DNA from: an uncultured Planctomycetia bacterium
GTDB lineage: Bacteria > Omnitrophota > Gorgyraeia > Velamenicoccales > Velamenicoccaceae
Assembly (NCBI GenBank): GCA_964622605.1
Contig: CAZUQR010000001.1
Location: 135,265-199,264, forward strand
Direction of reading: 5' to 3'
DNA length: 64,000 bases
The first letter of the stretch is position 1. The number at the start of each line of letters is the position of its first letter. The translations under genes and the position numbers were made by a program. Positions 9,360 through 19,065 of the stretch are shown here, in pieces. The notes under the pieces were generated by a model. It searched no databases, was not told where the DNA came from, and saw nothing but the letters and a program-made list of their open reading frames with translations.

Positions 9360-10825
9360 AGCCCAAATCCTTAGAGAGACTCCTTGCCGGATGTGCCGTC
9401 AAGGAGATCATCGGCAGCGAGGCCGGGGTGAACGTCGCTGCCATCACTACCGATTCGCGGCAGGTTGCGGCCGGCAGCCTCTTTGTGGCGGTCCGGGGGA
9501 CACGCCAGGATGGGCACCGCTTCTGCGCGGACGCGGTGCGCCGGGGCGCGGTCGTCCTTGTCGTGGAAAAAAAGGGTGCGTCTCTGCCGGGCCGCGGGGT
9601 CACGACGGTGCGCGTCGCGGATACGCGCAAGGCCCTGGAGCACCTCGTCCGCCTCTTTTATGAGGAGCCGCAAAAAAAGATATCCTGCGTCGGGGTGACC
9701 GGGACGAACGGCAAGACGACGACGACCTATTTGATACATAGCGTCCTGCGGGCCTCGGGGAGGCGTTGCGGCCTCCTGGGCACGACCGGTTATGATGTCG
9801 GCGCGGGGCTCGTGCGCATGAACAACACGACGCCGGGCCTCACGGAGCTCTACGCTATCCTCCATCGTATGGTCCGGGGCCGGTGCACCCACGTGGTCCT
9901 GGAGGTATCGAGCCACGCGCTCGACCAGGAGCGCGTCAAGGGGCTGGTCTTCAAAGAGGCCCTCTTTACCAATTTGACGCGGGACCACCTCGATTATCAC
10001 AAGACGATGTCCGCTTACTTTGCGGCGAAGAAGAGGCTCTTTGAAAAATACGTGGATGCTTCTTCGACGCGGATCGTCAATATCGACGACGCCTACGGCG
10101 CGCGCCTGAAAAAGACGGGAAGAGGGCGCCTCGTGACGTATGGTCTGTCGGCCGGGGCGGATATCCGGGGCGTTGTTAAGACAGAGGGCTGGGCCGGCAG
10201 CCGCCTGCGTGTCACCACCCGGCGGGGCCGCATGGATGTCTTCACCCCGCTGGTGGGCCGGCACAATGTCTACAATGTCCTGGCCGCGGTGGCGGCGGCC
10301 ACGGCCGAGGGGATCCCGGAGGCCGCCATCCGGCGCGGGATCGAGGCCTGCGGGACGGTTGCCGGCCGCCTGGAGCGGGTCAAGAACGACAGGGGGATAC
10401 ATGTCTTCGTGGACTACGCGCATACGGACGATGCGCTTAAAAATGTTCTTGAATCTTTGCGGCGTATTCCTCATAATGGCAACATCATAACGGTCTTCGG
10501 CTGCGGGGGCGACAGGGACCGCGGCAAGAGACCCAGGATGGGGCGCGTGGCGAGCCGCCTCTCCGATTATACGGTCGTGACCTCTGACAACCCGCGCACG
10601 GAAGACCCCGGTTCCATTATCCGGGCTATCCTGAAGGGTGTGGTGGGGAACCGCTGGGAGGTCGTTCTTGACCGGCGCCAGGCCATCGGACGGGCCTTCT
10701 CCAAGGCCCGGCGGGGGGATGTCGTCCTCATCGCGGGCAAGGGGCATGAGTCCTGCCAGATCGTCGGCAGCGCCGTGATCCCCTTTGACGACCGTGTCGT
10801 CGCGCGCGCGTTCCTGACACCATAG
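9356..10825 (+). CDS. murE: UDP-N-acetylmuramoyl-L-alanyl-D-glutamate--2,6-diaminopimelate ligase
   Basis: GVTGTNGKTTTTYL P-loop and the DNPR motif (VVTSDNPRTEDP), which is diagnostic of meso-DAP-adding MurE. Confidence 0.92.
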   Translation: MKPKSLERLLAGCAVKEIIGSEAGVNVAAITTDSRQVAAGSLFVAVRGTRQDGHRFCADAVRRGAVVLVVEKKGASLPGRGVTTVRVADTRKALEHLVRLFYEEPQKKISCVGVTGTNGKTTTTYLIHSVLRASGRRCGLLGTTGYDVGAGLVRMNNTTPGLTELYAILHRMVRGRCTHVVLEVSSHALDQERVKGLVFKEALFTNLTRDHLDYHKTMSAYFAAKKRLFEKYVDASSTRIVNIDDAYGARLKKTGRGRLVTYGLSAGADIRGVVKTEGWAGSRLRVTTRRGRMDVFTPLVGRHNVYNVLAAVAAATAEGIPEAAIRRGIEACGTVAGRLERVKNDRGIHVFVDYAHTDDALKNVLESLRRIPHNGNIITVFGCGGDRDRGKRPRMGRVASRLSDYTVVTSDNPRTEDPGSIIRAILKGVVGNRWEVVLDRRQAIGRAFSKARRGDVVLIAGKGHESCQIVGSAVIPFDDRVVARAFLTP

Positions 10826-10827
10826 AC

Positions 10828-12198
10828 ATGTTCAACATCAAAGATGTTGTGGCCGGGACTTGCGGGGTCTTGCGCCCGGGCGCGATCGCCAAGCGTTTTG
10901 GCGGCGTTGCCACCGATTCGCGCACGGCCAAAGAGACAGAGATCTTTTTTGCGCTCAAGGGACCCCGGTTCGACGGGCACGACTTCATCGGTCGGGCCGT
11001 CGCGGCCGGTTGCCGTGCGGTCGTGTATAGCGATGAGGCAAAGAGTGCGCCGCGGCACAAGGGCGTGGCGTACGTGCGCGTGGCCGACACCCTCGCGGCG
11101 CTCGGGGGGCTGGCCCACTTTCACCGCCGCCGCTTTGACATACCCGTCATCGCGGTGACCGGGTCCAACGGTAAGACGACGACGAAGGAGATGATCGCCC
11201 AGGTCCTGTCGGCCCGGTACCACGTCCTCAAGAACGCCGGGACGCAGAACAACCTGATCGGCGTGCCGTTGACGCTCCTCAAGATCCACTCGAAGCACGA
11301 CGTGTGCATCGTGGAGATGGGGACCAACAAGGTGGGCGAGATCGGGCGCCTCGCCGAGATCGCCGCACCGAACGTCGGCGTCATCACGAACATCGGCCCG
11401 GCGCACCTGGAGTTCCTCGGCAGTCTCCAGGGGGTGTACCGCGAGAAGATCGAGCTCGTCCGCCGGCTCGCCCCTCCGGGCATCGCGCTCATGAACCGCT
11501 GCGACCTGATCCTCGGAAAGCTGTGCCCTATCCGGACGAAGCCGGTCTTCTTCTTCGGCGTCAACCGTGAGGCGGAGTTCACGGCCTCCGAGGTGACGTA
11601 TCATCCGCGGAGCATCACGTTTTTGTATAACAGGCGGCAGGTCCTTGAGGTGAGGCACTCGGCGCTCCACAACGTCAGCAACGCCCTGGCCGCCGTCGGC
11701 TGCGGTGTCCTCTTCAGCATCGATATCCGGACGATCCGCGAGCGCCTGGCCGCCTTCGATGCGCCGGAGATGCGCCTCAAGGAGTTGCGCCTCAAAAACT
11801 GGACGGTCTTTGACGACACGTATAATTCCAATCCGCAGTCCCTCAAGCAGGCCATCGACGTCTTGTGCCGGCAGGAGGCGGGAGGCCGGCGCATCCTCAT
11901 CATGGGTGACATGCTGGAGTTGGGTCCCCAGACGAACGACTTCCACGCGTACTTCGGCCGCTACGTGGCGCGCAAGCCCATCGACATCCTGGTGACGATG
12001 GGCGGCCACGCCCGCCACACGGCCGAGACCGCCCGGCACAGCGGCATGAGCACGCAGGCCATCCACCATTTTCCGGGATGCCCTGAGGTCCTGGATTTCC
12101 TGGTGGAGACGCTGCGGCAAGGCGATGTCCTGCTCATCAAGGGGTCGCGCTCGATGCGGATGGAACAGATCGTCGATCATCTAAAAAAGACGGGATAA
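10828..12198 (+). CDS. murF: UDP-N-acetylmuramoyl-tripeptide--D-alanyl-D-alanine ligase
   Basis: AVTGSNGKTTTKEM P-loop, Mur ligase middle and C-terminal domains, conserved position after murE. Confidence 0.92.
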   Translation: MFNIKDVVAGTCGVLRPGAIAKRFGGVATDSRTAKETEIFFALKGPRFDGHDFIGRAVAAGCRAVVYSDEAKSAPRHKGVAYVRVADTLAALGGLAHFHRRRFDIPVIAVTGSNGKTTTKEMIAQVLSARYHVLKNAGTQNNLIGVPLTLLKIHSKHDVCIVEMGTNKVGEIGRLAEIAAPNVGVITNIGPAHLEFLGSLQGVYREKIELVRRLAPPGIALMNRCDLILGKLCPIRTKPVFFFGVNREAEFTASEVTYHPRSITFLYNRRQVLEVRHSALHNVSNALAAVGCGVLFSIDIRTIRERLAAFDAPEMRLKELRLKNWTVFDDTYNSNPQSLKQAIDVLCRQEAGGRRILIMGDMLELGPQTNDFHAYFGRYVARKPIDILVTMGGHARHTAETARHSGMSTQAIHHFPGCPEVLDFLVETLRQGDVLLIKGSRSMRMEQIVDHLKKTG

Positions 12199-12200
12199 CC

Positions 12201-13289
12201 ATGCTGTATCATCTCCTGGTCCCCCTCCGGGATCTCTTCGCCGGATTCAACGTCTTCCGCTACATCACCTTTCGCTCGGCCATGGCGGCGATCACGACCT
12301 TCTTCTTTTGCGTCATCTTCGGCGAGCGGCTCATCCGGCGCCTGGCCGCGCTCAAGGTCTGCGAGACGGTGCGGCCCAAAGAGGAGGTGCGCGGCCTGTA
12401 CGACCTGCATCACCACAAGGAGGGGACGCCCACGATGGGCGGGGTGATCATCGTCGGCGCGGTCGTGGCGGCCATGGTCCTGTGGGGGGATCTGGCGAAC
12501 CGGTACGTGCTTTTGACGTTGTTCGCGACGCTCTGGCTGGGGGTCGTAGGTTTCATCGACGATTACATCAAGCTGCGCTTCCGGCGCCGGGGCCTGAGCG
12601 TCAAGGCCAAGTTGCTGGGGCAGCTGCTCCTGGGGTTGACGCTGGGCGTCTTCGTGTATCTGGATCCCAACGTCCCCGCCACGCTCGATATCCCCTTCCT
12701 GAAGGACGCGGCGGTGCATCTCGGCGTCTTCTACGTCTTCTTCGTGATGCTCGTCGTCGTGGGGACCTCCAATGCGGTGAATCTCACCGACGGCCTGGAC
12801 GGCCTGGCCACGGGGTGCATCCTGATGGTGGCCTTTTCGTACGGCATCATGAGTTACCTCTCCGGTCACGCGCGCTTCAGCCAGTATCTCTTGATCCCCT
12901 ACATCGATGGCGTGGGGGAGCTCGCCGTCTTCTGCGCGGCCGTGGTCGGCGCCTGCCTGGGATTCCTGTGGTTTAACTGTTATCCCGCCGCGGTCTTCAT
13001 GGGGGACGTGGGGGCGTTGGCCCTGGGCGGCGCGATCGGCGTGGTGGCGGTCCTGATCAAGAAGGAGCTCTTGCTCGTGATCGTCGGCGGCGTCTTCGTC
13101 GCCGAGGTCGTATCGGTCATCGTGCAGGTGGCGTCTTTTAAATGGCGCAAGAAGCGCGTCCTGCGCATGGCGCCGCTGCACCACCATTTTCAAATGTTGG
13201 GTTGGGCGGAACCGAAGGTGATCGTCCGTTTCTGGATCATCGCGGCGATCCTCGCGTTCTTCACCCTGGCCACCCTGAAGCTCAGATGA
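12201..13289 (+). CDS. mraY: Phospho-N-acetylmuramoyl-pentapeptide transferase
   Basis: Polytopic membrane protein with KEGTPTMGGVII and NAVNLTDGLDGLA motifs. Confidence 0.95.
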   Translation: MLYHLLVPLRDLFAGFNVFRYITFRSAMAAITTFFFCVIFGERLIRRLAALKVCETVRPKEEVRGLYDLHHHKEGTPTMGGVIIVGAVVAAMVLWGDLANRYVLLTLFATLWLGVVGFIDDYIKLRFRRRGLSVKAKLLGQLLLGLTLGVFVYLDPNVPATLDIPFLKDAAVHLGVFYVFFVMLVVVGTSNAVNLTDGLDGLATGCILMVAFSYGIMSYLSGHARFSQYLLIPYIDGVGELAVFCAAVVGACLGFLWFNCYPAAVFMGDVGALALGGAIGVVAVLIKKELLLVIVGGVFVAEVVSVIVQVASFKWRKKRVLRMAPLHHHFQMLGWAEPKVIVRFWIIAAILAFFTLATLKLR

Positions 13290-14542
13290 CGTCCTATCAA
13301 GGCAAGCGCGTGACGGTGATCGGCTGTGCCCGCAGCGGCATGGCCGCGGCCCAACTGCTTCGGCGCCTGGGCGCCCGCGTCTTTGTCACGGAGAGCGCGA
13401 CATCCCCGGCCATCGCCGAGCGCTTTGAGGCCTTGGCCGCCGACGGCATCGAAGGCGAGAAGGGAGGCCATACCGAGGAGGCCCTCGCGGCGGCAGACCT
13501 CGCTGTCTTAAGCCCGGGCGTTCCCTTGGACGCCGCGCCGGTCCGCTGGGCCCGTGCGCGCGGGATCGAGGTCGCCAGCGAAATAGAATTGGCGGCCTCG
13601 GTGTGTCGGGCGCCGATCATCGCCGTGACGGGGACCAACGGCAAGACGACCACCACGACCCTGATCGGTCTCGTGGTGCGCGCGTGGGGCCGCCGGGCGC
13701 ACATCCTGGGCAACATCGGTTCGCCGTTTTCTCTTTGCGCCGATCAGATCGAACCCGAAGACTTCGTGTGCCTTGAGGTGAGCTCTTTTCAGCTGGAGAC
13801 GATCCGGAGGTTCAGGCCCCGCGTGGCCGTTGTCCTCAATCTGACGCCGGACCATCTGGACCGTTATCCCGACATGGCGGCGTACCTTGAGGCGAAGAAG
13901 CGCATCACCATGAATCAGGGGGCCGAGGATTGGCTCGTTTTGAATCACGGCGAGAAGCGCCTGCGTCCTCTCACCGGTGCCACGCGGGCGCGCGTCGTTT
14001 TTTTTAATAAGGGACCGCAAGGGGCGCGGCTTGACGAGAACCAGATGGCGGTGCGGACGGTGGCGGGTTGCCTGGGCATCCCGCAGGAAAAATGCGACGA
14101 GGTCTTCGCCGCCTTCACGGGCGTCGAGCACCGTTTGGAGTTCGTGCGCACACTCGACGGTATCGACTTCATCAACGACTCCAAGGCCACCAATATCGAT
14201 TCGACGGCGTGGGCGCTTAAGAACGTGCGCCGGCCTGTGGTCCTGATCGTCGGCGGCCGCGACAAGGGCAGCGACTTCGGTCGCATCGCGCCCCTGGTGC
14301 GCGCCAAGGCAAAGGCCGCCGTCGTCGTCGGGGAGGCCGCCGAGCGCATCGCAGCCGCGTGGCAGGGCGTCCTGCCCATCCGCCGCGCCGCCGCCTTTGA
14401 CGAGGCGGTCACGGTCGCCTTTGGTCAGGCCCGCGCGGGCGAATGCGTCTTGTTGTCGCCGATGTGCAAGAGCTTTGACATGTTCACGGACTACGAGCAC
14501 CGCGGCCGCGTCTTCAAGGAGCTCGTGGCGCAGCTGAAGTAA
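13286..14542 (+). CDS. murD: UDP-N-acetylmuramoylalanine--D-glutamate ligase
   Basis: Internal ATG 13286 (ATGA overlap with mraY). N-terminus KRVTVIGCARSGMAAA and P-loop AVTGTNGKTTTTTL. Confidence 0.92.
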   Translation: MTSYQGKRVTVIGCARSGMAAAQLLRRLGARVFVTESATSPAIAERFEALAADGIEGEKGGHTEEALAAADLAVLSPGVPLDAAPVRWARARGIEVASEIELAASVCRAPIIAVTGTNGKTTTTTLIGLVVRAWGRRAHILGNIGSPFSLCADQIEPEDFVCLEVSSFQLETIRRFRPRVAVVLNLTPDHLDRYPDMAAYLEAKKRITMNQGAEDWLVLNHGEKRLRPLTGATRARVVFFNKGPQGARLDENQMAVRTVAGCLGIPQEKCDEVFAAFTGVEHRLEFVRTLDGIDFINDSKATNIDSTAWALKNVRRPVVLIVGGRDKGSDFGRIAPLVRAKAKAAVVVGEAAERIAAAWQGVLPIRRAAAFDEAVTVAFGQARAGECVLLSPMCKSFDMFTDYEHRGRVFKELVAQLK

Positions 14543-14559
14543 CGGACCCGCATCCGGAT

Positions 14560-14709
14560 GGGGTCTCTATGTGGCGGACGAAGTTTTTCGCCGTCGGCTA
14601 CGGTTTAGGACTCGTTCGTCTGGCGACATACATCTTCGCCGCCGAACTCGTCCTAAAACCTTGCCGACGCTTGCCGAAAAACTTCTGATTGTCCGCCACA
14701 TAGAGCCCC
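14560..14709 (+). repeat. Long imperfect palindromic intergenic element, family A copy 1 (core 14577-14697)
   Basis: The arm GGGGTCTCTATGTGGCGGACGAAGTTTTTCG pairs with CGAAAAACTTCTGATTGTCCGCCACATAGAGCCCC. The core is homologous to 25481-25600. Confidence 0.85.
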
Positions 14710-14736
14710 CCTCCGGACGCAGCTCGGGAAATCATC

Positions 14737-15831
14737 ATGCGACGATTACGGATCTCCATTTTTGTCACGACGTTCATCCTGATCTGTATCGGCGTCGTGA
14801 TGATCTACAGCGCAAGCTGTGTCACGGCGTGGCAGAGCTCGGGTGAGAGCACGCAGCTGTTGCGCAAGCAGGCGCTCTTTGTCCTCTTCGGGTCCCTCGC
14901 GATGTTCGGCGTGATGGCGATGGACTACCGCGCGCTCAAGAAGGTCGCCAAGCCGCTGTTCCTCCTTTCGCTGCTGCCGCTGGTCGTCGTCCTCCTGCCG
15001 GGGGTCGCGCATGAGGCGGGCGGGGCCAAGAGGTGGCTGAGCCTGGGCGGCTTCAACTTTCAGCCGTCGGAGTTCATCAAGGTCGCGCTCGTCATCTACC
15101 TGGCGGATTTTATCACCCGGCGGGCGCCGTACCTGAAAGACTTCTGGAAGGGGTTTGTTCCGCCGATGACGGTGCTGGGCGCATCGGTCCTGCTGATCCT
15201 GCTCCAGCCGGACCTGGGGACCGCCGTTTCGCTCGTGGTCCTGACCTTCGCGATGCTCTTCGTGGCGGGCTGCCGGATGCGGCACATCTTGTACAGTATC
15301 CTGGCGGCGCTGCCGGCATTGTATTTTTTGATCTTCAGCGTCCCGTATCGGCGGGCCCGGATCATGATCTTTCTGAACCCCTGGCTCGATCCCAAGGGCA
15401 GCGGTTTCCAGATCATCCAGTCGCAGATCGCCCTGGGGACGGGAGGCTGGTGGGGTGTGGGCCTGGGGCAGGGCAGGCAGAAGCTTTTTTACCTGCCGGC
15501 GGCGCACACCGATTTTATCTTTTCGATCATCGGCGAGGAGCTGGGGCTCCTGGGCACGGGATGCGTGATCTTACTCTTTGTCTATCTCATCATCAGCATG
15601 GCCCGCGTCGCGTGGCAGGTCCGTGATCCCTTCGGCAAGATGATCTGTGTCGGCGTCCTGGTCCTCATCGCCTTTTCCTCGGCGATCAATATCGGTGTCT
15701 CGATGGGCGCGCTGCCCACGAAGGGGCTGCCGCTTCCCTTTATCAGCTACGGCGGATCGTCGCTCATCTTTCACATGATCGCCGTGGGGTTGTTGTTGAA
15801 CGTTTCGCGGGCCGAGGAGACGGTCTTGTGA
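14737..15831 (+). CDS. ftsW: SEDS peptidoglycan glycosyltransferase FtsW
   Basis: Ten-TM SEDS protein (QPSEFIK, QPDLGT, GGSSL motifs) in the murD-ftsW-murG position. Confidence 0.9.
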   Translation: MRRLRISIFVTTFILICIGVVMIYSASCVTAWQSSGESTQLLRKQALFVLFGSLAMFGVMAMDYRALKKVAKPLFLLSLLPLVVVLLPGVAHEAGGAKRWLSLGGFNFQPSEFIKVALVIYLADFITRRAPYLKDFWKGFVPPMTVLGASVLLILLQPDLGTAVSLVVLTFAMLFVAGCRMRHILYSILAALPALYFLIFSVPYRRARIMIFLNPWLDPKGSGFQIIQSQIALGTGGWWGVGLGQGRQKLFYLPAAHTDFIFSIIGEELGLLGTGCVILLFVYLIISMARVAWQVRDPFGKMICVGVLVLIAFSSAINIGVSMGALPTKGLPLPFISYGGSSLIFHMIAVGLLLNVSRAEETVL

Positions 15832-16898
15832 AGACGCCGGGTTCAAGACCCATCGTGGTCGTGGCCGGCGGCAGCGGCGGCCACATCTTTGCGGCCGTCA
15901 GCTTCTGCCAGGAGTTCGTCGGGCGCCGGGGCGTCGCGGTGGACATCACCTTCGTGACCCAAGAAGGCAAGGAGGCGTTGACCGCTCAACTGCCGTCTTC
16001 GTGCGCGGTCGTCCCCGTTGAGGTCGACAGGAGCTTTGGGGGCGCGGCCCGGCTCTTCAAGGAGGCCCGGCGGCTGCTGGGTCGCCTTCGGCCGGCGTGG
16101 GTGGTTGGTTTCGGCGGATTCATGACCGTGCCGTTTGTCGCGGCCGCCAAGATGCGCGGGTGCCGGGTGATGATCCATGAGCAGAACGCCGTTGCCGGTC
16201 GGGCCAACCGACTCCTGGCGTTCGTTGCGGATACGATGGCCGTGACCTTTGAGGCGACGCGCCGGCACGCGGCGCCGGTCCTGCGCCGGAAGATCGTGGT
16301 GACAAGATTTCCCTTGAGACAGGGCCTGAAGGTCCTCGATGCGGATGCCGCGCGCCGGTCATTTGGTTTCGATGAGACGCGTTCTACACTTTTGGTATTA
16401 GGGGGCAGTCAGGGCGCCCAGAGACTCAACGAGTGCGTCCCCGAGGCCTTGGGAAAGAGCGGTATCGCGGACCGCGTTCAGGTCATCCATCTGTGCGGCC
16501 GCGGTGACCCGCAGGCGTTGACACAGCGCTACGGACATTGGCGCGTCCCAAGCCGCGTCGTGAAGTTTTTGAACGAGATGGAGCGCGCGTACAGCGCCGC
16601 GGACCTCGTCGTCAGCCGCGCGGGCAGCGGCGTCCTCCATGAGCTGCTTTATTTCGGCGTGCCGAGCATCCTGATCCCGTACCCCCACGCGGGCGGCCAT
16701 CAGGTCGCCAACGCCCGGGCGCTGGCGATGCAGGGGGCGGCCTTGATGCTGGAGGAGGGGCGCCTGGAGGCCGGCGCGCTGGGGCCGCTGCTGAGGATCC
16801 TTATTACCGACGGGATGCGGCGAAGGGTCATGGCAACGGCGGCGCGCCGGATGTACGCCCAGGGGGCGGCGTTGAGCCCGGTGGAGCTTGTGTCATGA
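15828..16898 (+). CDS. murG: UDP-N-acetylglucosamine--N-acetylmuramyl-(pentapeptide) pyrophosphoryl-undecaprenol GlcNAc transferase
   Basis: GGSGGHIFAAV G-loop, GGSQGA and HQVANA motifs. GTGA overlap with ftsW. Confidence 0.92.
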   Translation: MKTPGSRPIVVVAGGSGGHIFAAVSFCQEFVGRRGVAVDITFVTQEGKEALTAQLPSSCAVVPVEVDRSFGGAARLFKEARRLLGRLRPAWVVGFGGFMTVPFVAAAKMRGCRVMIHEQNAVAGRANRLLAFVADTMAVTFEATRRHAAPVLRRKIVVTRFPLRQGLKVLDADAARRSFGFDETRSTLLVLGGSQGAQRLNECVPEALGKSGIADRVQVIHLCGRGDPQALTQRYGHWRVPSRVVKFLNEMERAYSAADLVVSRAGSGVLHELLYFGVPSILIPYPHAGGHQVANARALAMQGAALMLEEGRLEAGALGPLLRILITDGMRRRVMATAARRMYAQGAALSPVELVS

Positions 16899-17698
16899 GG
16901 GTGTGGATGCTTGCGTTTCTCATCGTCTTTTGCCTGGCGCCGGCGGCGCGGGGTGCGGTGGAGTTTGAGGAGACCAAGAGCCGTCACTTCATCGTTTATC
17001 ACGAAGAAGGGGTGGGTAGGGATTTCGTGGAGGCGACCATCGAATTCGCCGAGAGGTATTATGGAGAGTTGACCGAGAAACTCGGCTTCGTCCGGTACGA
17101 CTACTGGACGTGGGACGACCGGGCCAAGATCTATATCTACGCCGACCAGGGGTCTTATATGGAGGATACCGGTCAGCCGGCGTGGTCCGGGGGCCTGGCG
17201 GCGTATCACGAGAAGACCATCCGGGTCTTTCCGCGCGGCGCCGGGTTCTTCGACGCGCTCCTGCCGCATGAGCTCGGCCATATCGTCTTTCATGAAGTCA
17301 TCGGCAGCCATGTCGTGCCCACGTGGTTGGATGAGGGGGTGGCCTGCTATTTGGAGCCGGCCCGCCGCTTCGGTTCGCAGAAGATGGCCCTCGATGCCAT
17401 CGAGGACGGCACGTTCATCCCGCTCAAGGAACTCCACGAGATGGATCCCCGCGAGCTGGCGGATGACGACCAGGTCGAGCTCTTTTACGCCGAGTCGGTG
17501 AGCCTGCTTACCTTCATCGTCGAGACATTCGGCATCGACCGCTTTAACGCGGTATGCGACAAGATCAAGGAGGGCCGGACGTTTGAAAGGGCCGTCAAGT
17601 CTTGTCTTTTCGGCGTCCAGGACCTCGAGGACCTGGCCCGGATGTGGGAGGATTCGTTGAAGAAGAAGGACAGCCCCACGCGCCGGACCATGCTATGA
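16895..17698 (+). CDS. Secreted MA-clan (gluzincin) metallopeptidase-like protein
   Basis: Signal peptide MRVWMLAFLIVFCLAPAARGA. HExxH (LPHELGHIVFHE) with a downstream WLDEGVACYLE glutamate, the Peptidase_MA_2-like arrangement. ATGA overlaps with both murG and murC. Confidence 0.65.
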   Translation: MRVWMLAFLIVFCLAPAARGAVEFEETKSRHFIVYHEEGVGRDFVEATIEFAERYYGELTEKLGFVRYDYWTWDDRAKIYIYADQGSYMEDTGQPAWSGGLAAYHEKTIRVFPRGAGFFDALLPHELGHIVFHEVIGSHVVPTWLDEGVACYLEPARRFGSQKMALDAIEDGTFIPLKELHEMDPRELADDDQVELFYAESVSLLTFIVETFGIDRFNAVCDKIKEGRTFERAVKSCLFGVQDLEDLARMWEDSLKKKDSPTRRTML

Positions 17699-19065
17699 CA
17701 TCCCTTCCTTTTCGCCGCATCCATTTTGTCGGCATCGGCGGCATCGGCGTCAGCGGCGTGGCCCGGCTGGCGATGAAGGCCGGCGTGCGGGTCTCGGGCT
17801 CGGACGTGAAGGAGTCCGCCGTGACGCGCCGTCTGGCCGCCGGCGGCGCCTCGGTCGTCATCGGCCACCGCGCAGAGAACATCGAGGGCGCGGACCTCGT
17901 CGTCTATTCCTCCGCCATCAAGGCGGATAACCCCGAGCTGGTCGCCGCGCGCACCCGGCGCATCCCCATCAAGAAAAGGGCCGAATTCCTGTGCGACCTG
18001 ATGGCCGCCAAGACCGTCATCTCGGTGGCCGGCGCCCACGGCAAGACCACGACATCGTCCCTGGCGGCCACGCTTCTTTCGGCAGCGGGCCTGTGTCCGA
18101 CGGTTGCGGTCGGCGGCATCCTGCGTGCGGACCAGGATAACGTGCGCTGCGGAGAGAGTCCCTTCTTCGTGGCCGAGGCCGATGAGAGCGACGGCACGTT
18201 CCTGTGCTACACGCCGACGTATTCGCTCGTGACGAACATCGATCACGAGCACCTGGATTATTACAAGACGTACGACAACCTCCTGCATGCCTTTTCGGCC
18301 TTCATGAAGCAGACGGCGCCGGCAGGGTGCGTCATCGCCTGCCGCGACGACGCGGCGCTCCATGAATTGGCGGCGCACAACGCCCCGCGCCTCGTGACGT
18401 ACGGATTTTCAAAAGAGGCCGACCTTTCTATCGGGCGCTACGCCGCGGTCGAGCGGTCCATCCGTTTTACCTGCGCGTATCGCGGCAAGCCGCTGGGGAG
18501 CTTCGGCGTGTCCCTGTGCGGCCGGCACAATGCCCTCAACGCCTCGGCGGTGATCGCGCTGGGCCTGGAGCTGGGGCTGGAGCCCGACGTGATCCGAGGT
18601 GCCCTGGCGTCTTTTCAGGGCGTCGAGCGGCGCTTCCAGATCCGCCATGAGGACAAAGACCTCATGATCGTGGACGACTATGGGCATCATCCCACGGAGA
18701 TCGCCGCGACCCTCGAGGGCGCCCGGGCGTGCGCGCGCAAGCGTCTTGTCGTGGTCTTTCAACCGCACCGCTATACCCGGACGCAGGCTTTGATGGATTC
18801 CTTCGCGCGCTGTTTTGCGTTGTGCGACCGTCTTCTCGTGACGGACATCTACGCGGCGAGCGAAGACCCCATCGAGGGCGTGACCGCCGAGAACCTCGTC
18901 GAGCGCATCAGGGAGAAGACGCCGTGTCCCGTCACGTACGTGTCCCGCGAAGGCCTCCTGGAGCGGGTCCGGGCGACGGTCCGGCCCGGGGACCTCGTCG
19001 TGTTCCTGGGGGCGGGGGATATCACAAAGGCCAGCGATGAGTTTGCGCACCTCTTTAAGGAATAA
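17695..19065 (+). CDS. murC: UDP-N-acetylmuramate--L-alanine ligase
   Basis: Internal ATG 17695. N-terminus RRIHFVGIGGIGVSGVA and P-loop VAGAHGKTTTSSL. Confidence 0.92.
   Translation: MTSLPFRRIHFVGIGGIGVSGVARLAMKAGVRVSGSDVKESAVTRRLAAGGASVVIGHRAENIEGADLVVYSSAIKADNPELVAARTRRIPIKKRAEFLCDLMAAKTVISVAGAHGKTTTSSLAATLLSAAGLCPTVAVGGILRADQDNVRCGESPFFVAEADESDGTFLCYTPTYSLVTNIDHEHLDYYKTYDNLLHAFSAFMKQTAPAGCVIACRDDAALHELAAHNAPRLVTYGFSKEADLSIGRYAAVERSIRFTCAYRGKPLGSFGVSLCGRHNALNASAVIALGLELGLEPDVIRGALASFQGVERRFQIRHEDKDLMIVDDYGHHPTEIAATLEGARACARKRLVVVFQPHRYTRTQALMDSFARCFALCDRLLVTDIYAASEDPIEGVTAENLVERIREKTPCPVTYVSREGLLERVRATVRPGDLVVFLGAGDITKASDEFAHLFKE

Noticed and set aside
14571-14846. 91-aa ORF spanning the family A repeat and the start of ftsW.
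   Set aside because: It is encoded by the palindromic repeat itself, has an Arg-rich nonsense-like composition and overlaps ftsW out of frame.
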